From the NCBI GenBank assembly GCA_013265495.1, contig MU058423.1, forward strand, positions 8,293,627 through 8,357,626: 64,000 nt of DNA, in the 5' to 3' direction. The notes below the pieces were generated by a model. That model had not been told where the DNA came from and searched no databases. It was given only the letters and a program-made list of their open reading frames with translations. Source of the stretch: Vicugna vicugna (Eukaryota). Shown one piece after another: positions 52,651 through 64,000 of the stretch. Within the stretch, counting starts at the first letter, position 1, and the number at the start of each line of letters is the position of its first letter. The position numbers and the translations under genes were made by a program.

Positions 52651-53434
52651 GATTTGCCACTCTTTTATCAATTTCACAATTTAATGTGAGAAAGGGAAAA
52701 CTGCAACTATTATGATTAGTTCAAATATCAGAATACATTTATGCTTAGCTGAGGAGTTTCAGGAAAATGTGCACAGAGACCTCTGACATAGGACTTCCTC
52801 TTACTTCGATGTCCCCACTGCCCCCTCTCTAAAACGAGACACCCATTGACCTCATTTGTTTCCAAAATGGCTATTTTTTTAAAAATGAAACTTTCTCACT
52901 AAAAACTGTTTACTATATAGCTACACAATAAAAACTCAACCATCACTGTACATATACATATACACACAATGACTCCAACTTAAGGAAATTTCCCAAAATA
53001 TTCATATAGGTTGTTTGGGACCAGACAGACAGAACAATAGCTAACTGAATTTTTCCTTTTCACCTAATTGTTTTGGTCATGAGAAGACATAGGCAGAGCT
53101 TGGCTGAACACCAATCATTCATTTTCCATAGCTCCATTTAAGAATTCACCCTGCACAGAGTGTGCTAGAATAAAGAAGCTCAAATTGACATTAGAAATAT
53201 TGCGACTAGTGATACCATGATAGCTGGAGAAAAGAATTTCTGGGATTCTTCAAAATTGCCTACAGAAAAAGAACTAAAAAATGGGATGAAATGGAGTTTT
53301 CAGTTATATAGAATACAGGATGAAAAAAAAGATCACGGAGACAAACTAATATAAAGCAGGAATATGAAGCTACTTACAGTAAATGAAAAAGAAGAGAAAT
53401 ACGGTCACACCTGATTTAAGATTTTTACTTCTTT

Positions 53435-53977
53435 TTAAAATGTTTTAAAAAAATTGAAGTATAGTTGATTTACAATGTTGTGTTAGTTTCAGGTGTACAG
53501 CAAAGTGGACATACATATACACATATTCTTTTTCAGATTCTTTTCCATTGTAGGTTATTATAAGGCACTGAATATAGCTCCCTGTGCTATACAGCAGGTC
53601 CTTCCTGTTTATCTGTTTTATATATAATAGTGTATATATGTTAATCCTGAACTCCTAATTTATCCCCATCCCTTTTCCTTTTGTAACCATAGTTTGTTTT
53701 CTATGTCTGTGAGTCTATTTCTGGTTTTTAAATAAGTTCATTTGTATCAGTTTTTTTAAGATTCCACATATAAGTGACATCATATGATATTTGTCTTTGT
53801 CTGACTGACTTACTGTTTTCCATAGTGGCTGCACCAAATTACATTCCCCCCAACAGTGTAGGACAGTTCCCTCTTCTCCACACCTTTTCCAGCATTTCTT
53901 ATTTGTAGACTTTTTAATGATGGCCATTCTGACAGGTGTGAGGTAATGTCTCATTGTAGTTTTGATTTGCATTTCTC
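53435..53977 (-). mobile_element. L1 3' end with internal deletion
   Basis: [21 protein letters not shown]...VQPLWKT joined directly to [10 protein letters not shown]. Confidence 0.88.
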
Positions 53978-54599
53978 AAGACTGCTGCTTCTTGAGATCA
54001 TATATTCATGTATATAAAATCAAATCTTGCACTTAAATATGTGAAGACTAAACAACTGGTTGGCTTCTGCTTTGCTCTAAACCAAAAACAGTGTAGAGAC
54101 GGTGTAAGGGAAAAGCCTGTAATTACTGTTTCCATTCTTCACAGAGTACAGCTCATTGCTTTTCACTTCTCAGAAAAAAAAGTACGATTTATGAGGTCTT
54201 TTTCCTTCTCACCTCACCCCTAGATCCATTTTAAGCCTTAATCCTCATCCCTTCAAAGAGTACAGCATTTCAATTCATTTCAAAGTACTGGATTGGTGCT
54301 GATGAGAATAGGACCAAAATAAAAAAAGAGATTAGCTATGCTGAGAAATGTCCATTATAACCACTGCAAGAATAGTGAACCAATCAGCCAGCATATATTA
54401 AAGTTGCCTACTGCTGTTTACAGGAAATTTACAAAGCACCGTACAGGAACAAAAGAGAATGGGGCATATGTCGTAGACTTTAAAGATGGAGAAAATATTT
54501 CTGTGTATAATAAACTAAGGACCCTCCAAAGATAAGAAACTGAGACACTCAAATACTATGCTTCACACACATAAACTGAGCAAATAAAAAGAACTCCTT

Positions 54600-55176
54600 A
54601 AAATCAATTTTGAAAATGATATAAAACATTATTGTGGTAGTTCTGGGGCTCTGTTCCTCTAAAGAGAGATAATAAGCTTTATGCTGTGTTCATGACAGCA
54701 AAGACAATTAGTGTTCCAAAGATCTGATCACTACACACGTTTTAAAAAATACGAAAATAATTACATCAGCATATGGACCCTGGAAAATTTCTTCTCTTGA
54801 AATAAGGTCAGATGGACATTTCCTGTTTCACATTTCTAGTACACGTTGTCTTTTAGACAATAATAGTGTGAAACAATAGTTTGGCATGGGTTCAGTGCAT
54901 ACTAAGAAATGCTCCGGCCCTTGAAGGCTGGAATGAGTCAGCCTCAAATGGCAAAGATCTTGATGACGACAAGAAAGACAGGCTGTCTGGGGAGTGGTGG
55001 CCCTGGGGGATAGGATTCAAGAAGTCGACCCGACTAGACTTCAGTCTCTGATGTTTTCTGACCAGTGAAGAGGTCTTATGTTTAACGCTGCCATTGACAC
55101 AGGCAGCACTTCGGCTTGTGTCTACATAATCCAGCCTTTTTCTTCTTCTTCTTCTTCAGTTGCCTGCAAGGCAAGA
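54600..55176 (-). other. Probable 3'-terminal or UTR exon of an unidentified gene (3' end not defined)
   Basis: Pyrimidine tract ttcattctttttctgtattgcAG| with a second AG 13 nt downstream (exon start 55163); a (GAA)6 purine-rich ESE-like run; unique UTR-like sequence follows. Confidence 0.45.
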
Positions 55177-56921
55177 CTGCAATACAGAAAAAGAATGAAT
55201 TGGCAGGTCCTCCTGAATTGTTAACAAAGACTCGCCATTGCTTCCACTACTTAACCTCCTGCTCCTGCTGTAAACAATTAATCCAGGCCACAATGAGCTC
55301 TTTCCTGCCCCTTACCAAACTTTGCAACCCACTGGGAATCCTTACCCTATCCATGGGCCTTCCCGCTACTTTGAACACCACGAGACAGAACCACTCAGTT
55401 CCGGGCCCCTCCTAAATTTGGTAGTTCACGCATCTCTCTTCTCTGATGCCAAACTGGGATCCTCAATACATGCTGGATGCTGGCATCAAAACAACTTGTG
55501 CCAACTTGAGGCTATTTGGGCCAGTCATTTCCAACGACATCTCTCATCTCAAATATTCCACAACTCACTTGTGGAAAGTAGATGGGGAGAGAATTCTAAA
55601 ATACGGCAAAGGATGCAGAGGGATTAACAATGGGACCACTACAGAGTTAGGAGGGGCCGAATCTGAGCCAAGAAGTTACGCAGCAGAAGGAATGACAATG
55701 GAGGGAAAGGGTAGGCAACTGGGAGGGGGTTGCCTTTTCCCAGGGCCCGAGAATGACACGGATGAGAGAGCTGGAGGTCACCCTTGATCAACCCTTCTCT
55801 TTCACCCTCTATATATAACTCATCATCAAGTCCTCATTTGTCACTACAAGGGATAAAGCACCTGCTGCTTTCTTTTTCCCCTAAGCAATAAACCTTTAAC
55901 TATTATAAATCATACACATCCATTTTTAAATTTCAAAACAATATAGGAAGGTAAAGAAAAAAGGAAAAATCGTCTCCAACCCCACTACCTAAAAATAAGT
56001 GCTGCTTTACTATTTTGTTGAAAAGCCTTATCGACATCTCTGTATACACATGTGCACATTCCTGAACACACATACACTTTTACAGAAAGTGAGGCACGTT
56101 ATACAAGGAGCTAGGGAACGTTCTGCTCTCACTTAACAGATCACAGGAATCTTTCTGTTTCAATAAATAAAGACATCCACAATAATTTTTAATGGTTGCG
56201 TAATGTTCCATTGGCGGGGATATGTCATGACCTATTTAACAAACCTTTCATTGAAGGAAATTATTTTTTTCAATTATGATTGTTACAATAGCACCGATAC
56301 TAACACCTCATACACGTGCATGATTGTGAGATTTTCTTTATTAACCTGATAACAAAACATAGGTTTTGTCTTTTTGTTTCTGTCTTTTGATCTTTGGTGA
56401 GGTTTTCACATTTTGTAAACTATTTCTGTTCTGTGATGAATTGCTGTGTCTGTTTTTTGTGCGAGAAAGCCTTTTCCTTCTTGAGTCATAGGCCTCCTTG
56501 AATATTAGGAGTGTCAACCCTCCTCCTCCCTCTCATATCATTCATGTGTTACAAATGCTTTTTTCTAGTTTGCCCCTTGCTTTCCAGACTTAATTTTATG
56601 ATGTTTTGGCTGAAGCATTTAATTTTTACAGTCAGATTTCTTTCTCCAGCTGGCTCCGCTGATTTAATCTCCTAACATTCCTACCAGCACTGACCTAAAT
56701 CAGAGGCTTTCTCACCTTTCACCCCGATAACTGCAACAATCTGAATCGGCCTCCCTGATCTCTGCCTCCTGGCCTCTATACTCCACACAGCTGTCAGAGT
56801 GCTCTTTTTAAAATGAAAATCAGGCCAGATCTTTCTTCTGCCTAAGGCTGTTCTGTGGTGTGTGTCCCAGGTTAGATATTTGTACGGCTCTTTTAGAAGT
56901 CGGTGAAGTAACAACTAGCCA

Positions 56922-57055
56922 GGGGGAGGGTGTAGCTCAAGCAGTAGAGCCCATGCTTAGCATGCATGAGGTCCTGGGTTCAATCCCCAGTGCCTTCCCT
57001 AAGAATAAGTAAATAAATCTGATTACCTCTCCCCCTCCCCTCCAAAAAGCTTAAA
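56922..57055 (+). mobile_element. tRNA-derived SINE (vic-1 type)
   Basis: gggggagggtgtagctcaagcagtagag...gtcctgggttcaatccccagt, A-rich tail. Confidence 0.88.
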
Positions 57056-57282
57056 AAGTACAATAACCATAGAATAAACCACTGTTTATTTGTGAAAGTT
57101 TTTGAAGAAAGAAAGCATATTATTCTTATTTTAAGAAAAACGCAAACATATTAAGAAGCAGAATGCAAAATGCAAAGGAATTTGTAAGATAAGCAAGAAG
57201 GTTTCCAAGATATTTTTAGTATTTAAATGAACATGTTTATAAGTAATGGACTTGGAGGGTAAAACCTAAGCTCCTTAACATG

Positions 57283-57625
57283 TGCGGCAGGGAGTGCCTA
57301 GCTTTCACCAAAATCGTTGCCTTTTCCTCCTCATCACATAGCTTTCCCAGCCTCCCTTGAGGTTATGTGTGACTGTGTGACTGAATTCTGCCCCATGAAA
57401 GTGGAAGAAATTAGGGTGATGGTATGATTTATTGTTCAAATTGGGACACTGTTAAGAGAGAAAGAGGACACTATTAACTGTTGCCCTAGGAATTCAGGCT
57501 TAAATTGGGGCAATATGATCACAATGAGGAGAAGGAAGTGTGTCACCCCAGGGTGGGCCCATGCCTAACTCTCTCCTCTCTTCCCCAGCCTGTTGACAGA
57601 TGTGGAAGATGCTGGCAGAAGACTC
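57283..57625 (+). mobile_element. MLT1-like LTR fragment with nested MER81-like MITE (~57413-57550)
   Basis: tttcccagcctccctt...tgtgactgaattctg MLT1 motif; agggtga...tcaccc terminal inverted repeats. Confidence 0.55.
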
Positions 57626-58479
57626 AGTGCCCTGGACTGAGCCAGGGGACGGAACGCTTGCACTCAACTGTTTCAGGAGTGAGGACGTCACTCCCAGCAT
57701 TTCAAACCATCGTAGGGGACAGCAGTTCTCACCCTGACTGGTGCCACGTGGAACACGGGCTTTCCACAATATGGCCTTTCCCTAGCTCTCTGGCATTCTC
57801 TAGCTTGAACTTCAGCTCTAGCAAACTGAACTGCTTCATCAAACGTTTTTACACACCTGTCTGTGAGTCAGTCTCTCCCACTAATCAGGGAGCTCCTTGA
57901 TGGCAAATACTTAGTCCTAGTTACCTTTGCAGCAAGTCACTACCTGGCACATAATACATCTCATGAATGTTAGTGAATGAAGAAATATTTAGCCAAGAAA
58001 GAATTAAATCTTTCAACTGGGGCTATTTCATGACAAGAACTAAAACTGTCAAAACTATTACACCACATGGAAGATCTTATATCTGAAAAAGACACATATT
58101 CAAATATAAGATTTTGGAAAAACAAGCTACACATTCTTGTAGCCTGAAAATACAAATGCAAAAATATTCCTCCTCTTAGCCTTCAGTGTTCCTTTATCTT
58201 CACTTCCCTCAAACCCCTCGGAATATACAAGCACACACACATTCATTCATTTCCTGGGGGAATATCTGACTTAATTACCAATGATAGAGTAAGTTCGAAG
58301 GAACAGGAAGAATTGAGATTTTAAGTTCAGATCCTGATGCTGGCCAGTAATCCCTGCATGAGGTGCCTCTGCTCAGCAGAGGGATTTCTCTCTCCTGCCT
58401 CCCAATATGATTCAGAGTTGATGTACAATGGACGATGATGTACACGAGAGCGTGCTATCAACTCCAGAAAGGGGCTTTG

Positions 58480-58786
58480 CTGGCATGATTTAATTAGCAT
58501 TAATTGTAGTTAAGCTGCGCACACAGAGCATAATGTCCTCTTTGCTCTAAGAAAAGGAAGGGCTTCCACCACCTAGATTATGAAATATTGATTAATTCAT
58601 GTATGCTGACACCCATCTAAAAATGGAATCATTTAATCTGTCACTCCTTCCCCCATCCACATACAAAAACATAATGGCAGTCCTGAGAAGAACAAAAGGA
58701 GTGATGAGGGGGTGGAAATAAGGAAGGAGGGTAAGAGCAGAGAAAGCAAAACACTGCAAATGAAATATGTCAAACTATAACCACAG

Positions 58787-58820
<34 letters not shown>

Positions 58821-58945
58821 ACAGAGAACACCCACTCTACTAATTAATGCAGCTTTGCTTTCACTCCAACTATTGGGAAAACATTAATTACAGAGAAATC
58901 TCGTTAATCCACTTCCCAGTTCATTAATTATGCATCAATGCCAAG
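58480..58945. promoter_or_regulatory. Candidate homeodomain-bound enhancer
   Basis: TAATTA at 58491, 58841, 58885, 58925; TAATTG at 58501; TAATCC at 58905; unique sequence around a CA repeat. Confidence 0.35.
58787..58822. repeat. (CA)n microsatellite
   Basis: Direct reading. Confidence 0.95.
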
Positions 58946-60728
58946 TTTTTGTTGGCCTGACATGAGACAATCCTGTTCCAATGAAGGTCTGATGCTGCAC
59001 ATTGCACAACAGTTACGGGGCTTTCCTGATGCTGTGGATGGTTTTCAGGATCTACTCAATTCATATGTTGTATATATTTGTGTCCTCTGATAAGTATTCT
59101 GTGATTACGAGATGTACTTCAAGCTGACTACAATTGTTTCTTAGCTAATACTTCATCCATCTCTGTCACAGGCACATTAGGAATTCTATTCAGCTAGAAA
59201 AGCAGGCAGCACAGCATTGCGAATGTACTTAACACCACGGGATTGTACACTAAATAAGGGTTAAAATGCTAAATTTAATGTGATGTATATTTTACCACAA
59301 TAAAAAATTTTAAGTAAAAACTATAGATTTCTGAGAAAGTTAGGTTATAGAGAGATGACAGATGTTTAAAAAAAGAAGTTTACAAGTTCTCAAACAGTCT
59401 CAAAAGGCCTCAGAATGCCTTTCCTTTTGTTCAGAGAAAATATTACGGGATGAACTTCAGAGCCCAGACAAGCACAAATGAGTTATTTGCAGAGAGATTT
59501 GAGGAAAGCAAGGATGTTTGAATGGTCTTATCAACAGATATTAACTGAGCATTCATAAAATGCTCAGCACTGTACCACTTAATTTGGAGCTACCTATATT
59601 TAATCACATCTAGTTCCCTAATGAATTACTCCCTATATTCCTTGCTCATTTCTTTATCAATGTCTGCATGCACAGCTCCTCCTGACCCAAGTGCAATCTG
59701 ATTTATCAGATTTGGAGTAGTGAGCAGATAAAAGTTATGGGCTGCTTCCACTAATGGATAGGTTCACTTTTTCTGCAGTCAATAAGTCTCACTTTTGAGG
59801 GGTGCTTCAGATTCATAAAGTGCCTCATGTTTGATGAATACTAGTGACACCCTCTCAGTGGGGACACCAGTAAATGTCAACTGACATGGTAACCTTTTCT
59901 CAACCTTTGTATCAAGAGATCCAGTATTAAATGTCACCAAGTCATATTTCCAAGGTGCAAACTGACTGACCCTGGAGTTTGGGAAGGAATTTTCTATTCG
60001 CTATCACACAACTGAATTGACTACAACAGTTGTGCCGTATCAATCTGAGGTAAAATCCTGGCCAGTAAATCAAAATGAGTTTTGAAAGAAAGAAAAAAAT
60101 AGAAAAAGATACAATAAAGCCTCTAAGAATGATCTGACTCTTGGTCTAATTTTTCACCATGGAAATACTGATCACTGATATTTTTATTTAAATAAAAATA
60201 AACCATTAATACCCAAAGAGAGTTGCACACAACTGGTTGTTAAATCCTTTTAGTCACTTTTCCTTAAGCTTTCTCATCTTAAAGTCTTAACTTTATCTAG
60301 TGTATTTACGCAACGGGCTAATTTACTTACATTCTCTTCTTCGTCGTATCTCTGATTGTGTATGTATTTATCCAATCAGACTTCCAGTGAGGAGTCGTCT
60401 GGGATCAGTCCAGCCCATAGGAGACCAAGGGAGAAGATAGGAGTGCCTCTTGCCCAACACTATATGATGTATGGAATGCAAGGGAGAGCATCAGAGACTA
60501 CCTACAGGAGAGGCTGCTGAGAGACGTACCTCTCAGGGTCCGAATGTTCACCAAAGAAGGGGGACTAAGGTGGTTAATGAGATCCTCGCTGGGAAGCCAT
60601 GTGATCGGAGAACAAGATGCAGCAGCAGGTCCAAATGGGTGGGTGCATTTTTGCATGTTTCTTCGCATCCATGCTCTGTAAGCAGACCCAATTTACCTGA
60701 TGAAGAGACCAAAAGGGTTGGGACCGAT

Positions 60729-61322
60729 TATTGCCAAAAGATTGGCGCCTGTCCCTGATGAGCCTAACTGAAACTCAGAGACAAGGTCTTAGAGCTTAGG
60801 GAAAAAGAGGCAGCTTTATTAATTTGCTGGGCAAAGGGGACTCACAGCAGAATTAGTGCCTTCAAAACTGTGAACCCATCTTGGGGACGGGGAAGGGTGG
60901 TTATATAGCCATAGCTCAAACAATAAAACATCAATCACAATCAACAGAATCATTTTTGTCATAAGACTCAGAGTGGCGTCACGGTGTCTCCAGGTGATCA
61001 GTTCTACAGAGGCTAGTGGTTGTTGCTCTTTCGATCTCTTTATCTTATAAGCGCCCAAGGCATGGTCTTCTTGGTATTTAGCCTATTTTGTAAGGTTACA
61101 GTCCCATGACCTTCTCCTTGGAGAAGGACTCAGAAACCAAGCATAATTATTCCTTTCGATTACTGGAATAAAACAGAGAGTGGATTAAAAGTAGCTTCAT
61201 TTTAACTAGGGCCTGGAGCTGTGAGTAGCAACTGGTCTCACAGGTTAGTTGCACTTTAAGAGCAAGCATAAGAATAAGAAATCTGTTAGCCTAAGTGCAG
61301 CCATTTTATTAATTCTCCTTCA
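60729..61322 (-). mobile_element. ERV1-type solo LTR, copy B
   Basis: Reverse complement of the 49294-49889 family; near-TSD cgat/agat. Confidence 0.9.
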
Positions 61323-61497
61323 AGATGGTGTTCAAATACCCTCAACATGGAACAGCTAATATTTATGTAGCATTTTTACGTTTCCCAAGAAGTTGTTTGG
61401 GATGAAGTTTCACATGTATCATCTCAACTGAGCCTTGAATCAAGTGGATATTAATAGGATCCAGAATTTACAGATGAAGGACGGAAGAATGTGATTC

Positions 61498-62122
61498 TGA
61501 GATAGGAGGGAAGGGGGCAGGACACAGCCATTAAAGGAATGACACAGCAATTAGTGCCAAGATGGTGGAAAAGTCAACTCCCAATAGACCTGGAGGCCCA
61601 AGATAGTGGAAGAGCTGACCTCCAGTGGACCCTGAGCTTCATCATTCATGTTGTAATGTACTAGCATGTACAAGCACCATGACAGTTCTTAAGCTAACCA
61701 TGAAAGGCCAATGAGGGGGGGTGTGGACTAATTCCTGGGAATCCTGCCCCTTCCCCAAAGAAGCTGGATTAATCCTCTCACTTGTTTGCATATAAAAACC
61801 AGCAACACTGCACCTGACAGTTGCTCTATCTCTTGCCTTCTGAGACAGCCTGCACTCTGTCTATAGGGTGTGTATCTACTTTTACTTTAAACTAAACACC
61901 AACCCAGCACCTCTCAGCCTTTCTCTTGCCCTCTGAGATGGCCTGCACTTGGTCTATGGAGTGTACACCTCTCTAAATAAATCCACTCTTACTCAACCAT
62001 GGCTCACACTTGAATTCTTTCCTGCCTGAAGCCGAAGATCCTCACTTGAAGGGGCACATCCTAGGGACTCATCCGAGACCTGGGACATGGCCATACACAT
62101 GCCCTCCATTTTTCCTGTATCA
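61498..62122 (+). mobile_element. MER41-like ERV1 solo LTR
   Basis: TGagatagg...gtatCA, exact 4-bp TSD ATTC, tataaaa and aataaa, cttgaattctttcctg motif. Confidence 0.8.
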
Positions 62123-62542
62123 ATTCCACCATAGAACCAGCACCTGGGGCTTGGCCACCACTCATGGAGTCACCTAGAAGCAAGGGTGCTTCTCCAGTTG
62201 GAGGAGCCACTCTATGGGTATACTGCCTGCTGACCACCTACCGACCAGCTAGTCAGAGAAGCAGCAGTAATAGGAGCTGCACTCAGTTCTGAGAAGACAG
62301 TGAGGTCTGGGAGGTCTTGGTGATGCTTTAGAGATCTCAGTTTCTCACTTAGAAGAAAAGCAGTGGGAAGTGGTGATCAAGGAGGAAACATCATTAAGTT
62401 ATTCTCTGATAAATATCCAAATTATTTTTTAATGAAAGATTACAGAGCGATTGGGGTGTATGACTCAGAAGCAATGCAAAGAATATAGGTAAATTTCCAT
62501 TTAAAAAAGCAAAAAGCCCTCCTTCCAGAGCTATCTACTTAC

Positions 62543-62573
62543 GTGTATGCCTAAGGCTTCTTATGACATGCAT
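62543..62573 (-). other. 31-nt microexon ATGCATGTCATAAGAAGCCTTAGGCATACAC
   Basis: Strong acceptor tttctatttttatAG| and donor cac|GTAAGT; two of three frames contain a stop. Confidence 0.6.
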
Positions 62574-63667
62574 CTATAAAAATAGAAACTAGAGATTTTA
62601 TTGATATTGAACCTGTTTTATTCCAGCAAAAAACAATAATTATTCATCAGTAGGCACACAAACTCATTGTAAAACAAAACAAAAGCCCCCAAAACAAAAA
62701 AAAAGTAGAATTTAAAAAAATATTTTAAAGCCTAATTCAGCCCTCATTTCTCTCATTGAGATGTATTTCTAATAAAATTATATTTACTGTTAAGTCAAAC
62801 ACTGTAATCTTTTTTGGGTCAACTTTATATTAACAGTAACTGTAATAGTAACTTATTCCAGAAGAAGTTTGGATATCATGTTTACAGAAATTTTTTTTTA
62901 ATTTTAAAGTTCAATCTATATAAATATTTTTGTTGAAGTAAAACATGATAGAATCATTAATAAAAGATGTTCAAGCATAAACATATGTTATGTTAGAATA
63001 AAATCCCATGGATGAAGTGGAATGAAAACATAAGTTTATGGGGGAAAATGATGTAAATATTTGTAAAGAAAGCTTAATGATTTACTTTTTAAATGGATGG
63101 TAGGGGTATTAAATTGCCATGGTATTTAGATCATGTTAGTTACCATTAAAAAAGTAATACAGCATTTTAATTTTAAGTGGAATATTTAAAGATGAAAGAA
63201 ATTATATCTTCTGCAACTATTTGCGCTTACAATGAAAATTTTCAGCTGTAACAATGTGCAAGAGGGACATACGTTTTCAAAATTCTATTTGGCTGTATGT
63301 GAACAGGAAGTTTAAAGATCACTATGCTACAGGAACATATCGTTTGTCTAATATTTGTATAGGAAATGCAGACATTTCTAAAATTTACTGTACAAGGCAG
63401 AAGATAATATTGTGAGAGTACAAATTTATAGCAATTTATTACTAAAGCGAAGATCACATTCTGAAATATTTATTTCAAGCCAACAGCTCCTATAGTTGTT
63501 GGCCTGATTCTTTTATAACTACATCCTAAAACCTACTCACCAGTTCATCATGTATATTAGGGAATAAATAAGAATGTGGGAAACAGATATAAAATAATTA
63601 CACAGTTTTGTGTGATTTATAGTGATAAGCTACACTATGATAAATGATGATTCTCTTTATAACAAAG

Positions 63668-63668
63668 G

Positions 63669-63703
<35 letters not shown>
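63668..63703. repeat. (GC)n(AC)n alternating purine-pyrimidine tract
   Basis: Direct reading. Confidence 0.95.
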
Positions 63704-63705
<2 letters not shown>

Positions 63706-64000
63706 TCACATAATCCTTGACCACCCGCAAAACTCACGTGACTGACGTGTAGGATTACATTAGTTTTCCAGGAGTTGTTCCTAATGACTAATCAGGAAGT
63801 TTCCTACCCTCATGGAACAGCATATACCTAAGTAAAATAAGCTAACATTGTACACAGGAACAACAACACATAAAACAGGAAATGACAATCTCTTTGCATG
63901 TTTTAATTTATCTTTGGGGCAACGTGATAATAAACTATCAAAGTGAAAATGGAATCAAGTTTTAATGAAAATTCAGGGGAAAAAGTATTTAAAACTACTT

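Noticed and set aside
54894..55155. Open frame of about 87 codons following a TGA on the minus strand (possible readthrough)
   Set aside because: No readthrough motif (TGA is followed by AGA, not CTAG) and the coding phase is unknown; likely chance.
31785..62573. Assigning a gene symbol to the upstream gene
   Set aside because: I could not recognise any of the candidate C-termini with confidence.

Overview
AT-rich, repeat-dense mammalian genomic DNA, most likely camelid (five tRNA-derived vic-1-type SINEs plus young L1 3' ends). None of the supplied single-exon ORFs is a credible gene on its own. Reading splice signals on the minus strand reveals about 10 exons between 29.5 kb and base 25, most of which join in phase. 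Their conceptual translation resembles, by eye and from memory, an Exo84/EXOC8-type CATCHR tethering subunit without a PH domain. It carries stops, frameshifts and a broken donor, so it looks like a decayed multi-exon paralog; this homology is inference until searched. Further right on the minus strand are three exon-like segments (62.5, 55.2 and 32.1 kb) that look like the 3' end of an unidentified gene. Other notable structure: an inverted L2-derived duplication (20.7 vs 24.3-24.8 kb) with a 70-bp templated insertion between perfect 88-bp direct repeats, an inverted pair of ERV1-type solo LTRs, a MER41-like solo LTR with TSD, and a homeodomain-site cluster at 58.5-58.9 kb. Repeat family names are from recognition, not a database search, and repeat boundaries are approximate unless a TSD is quoted.
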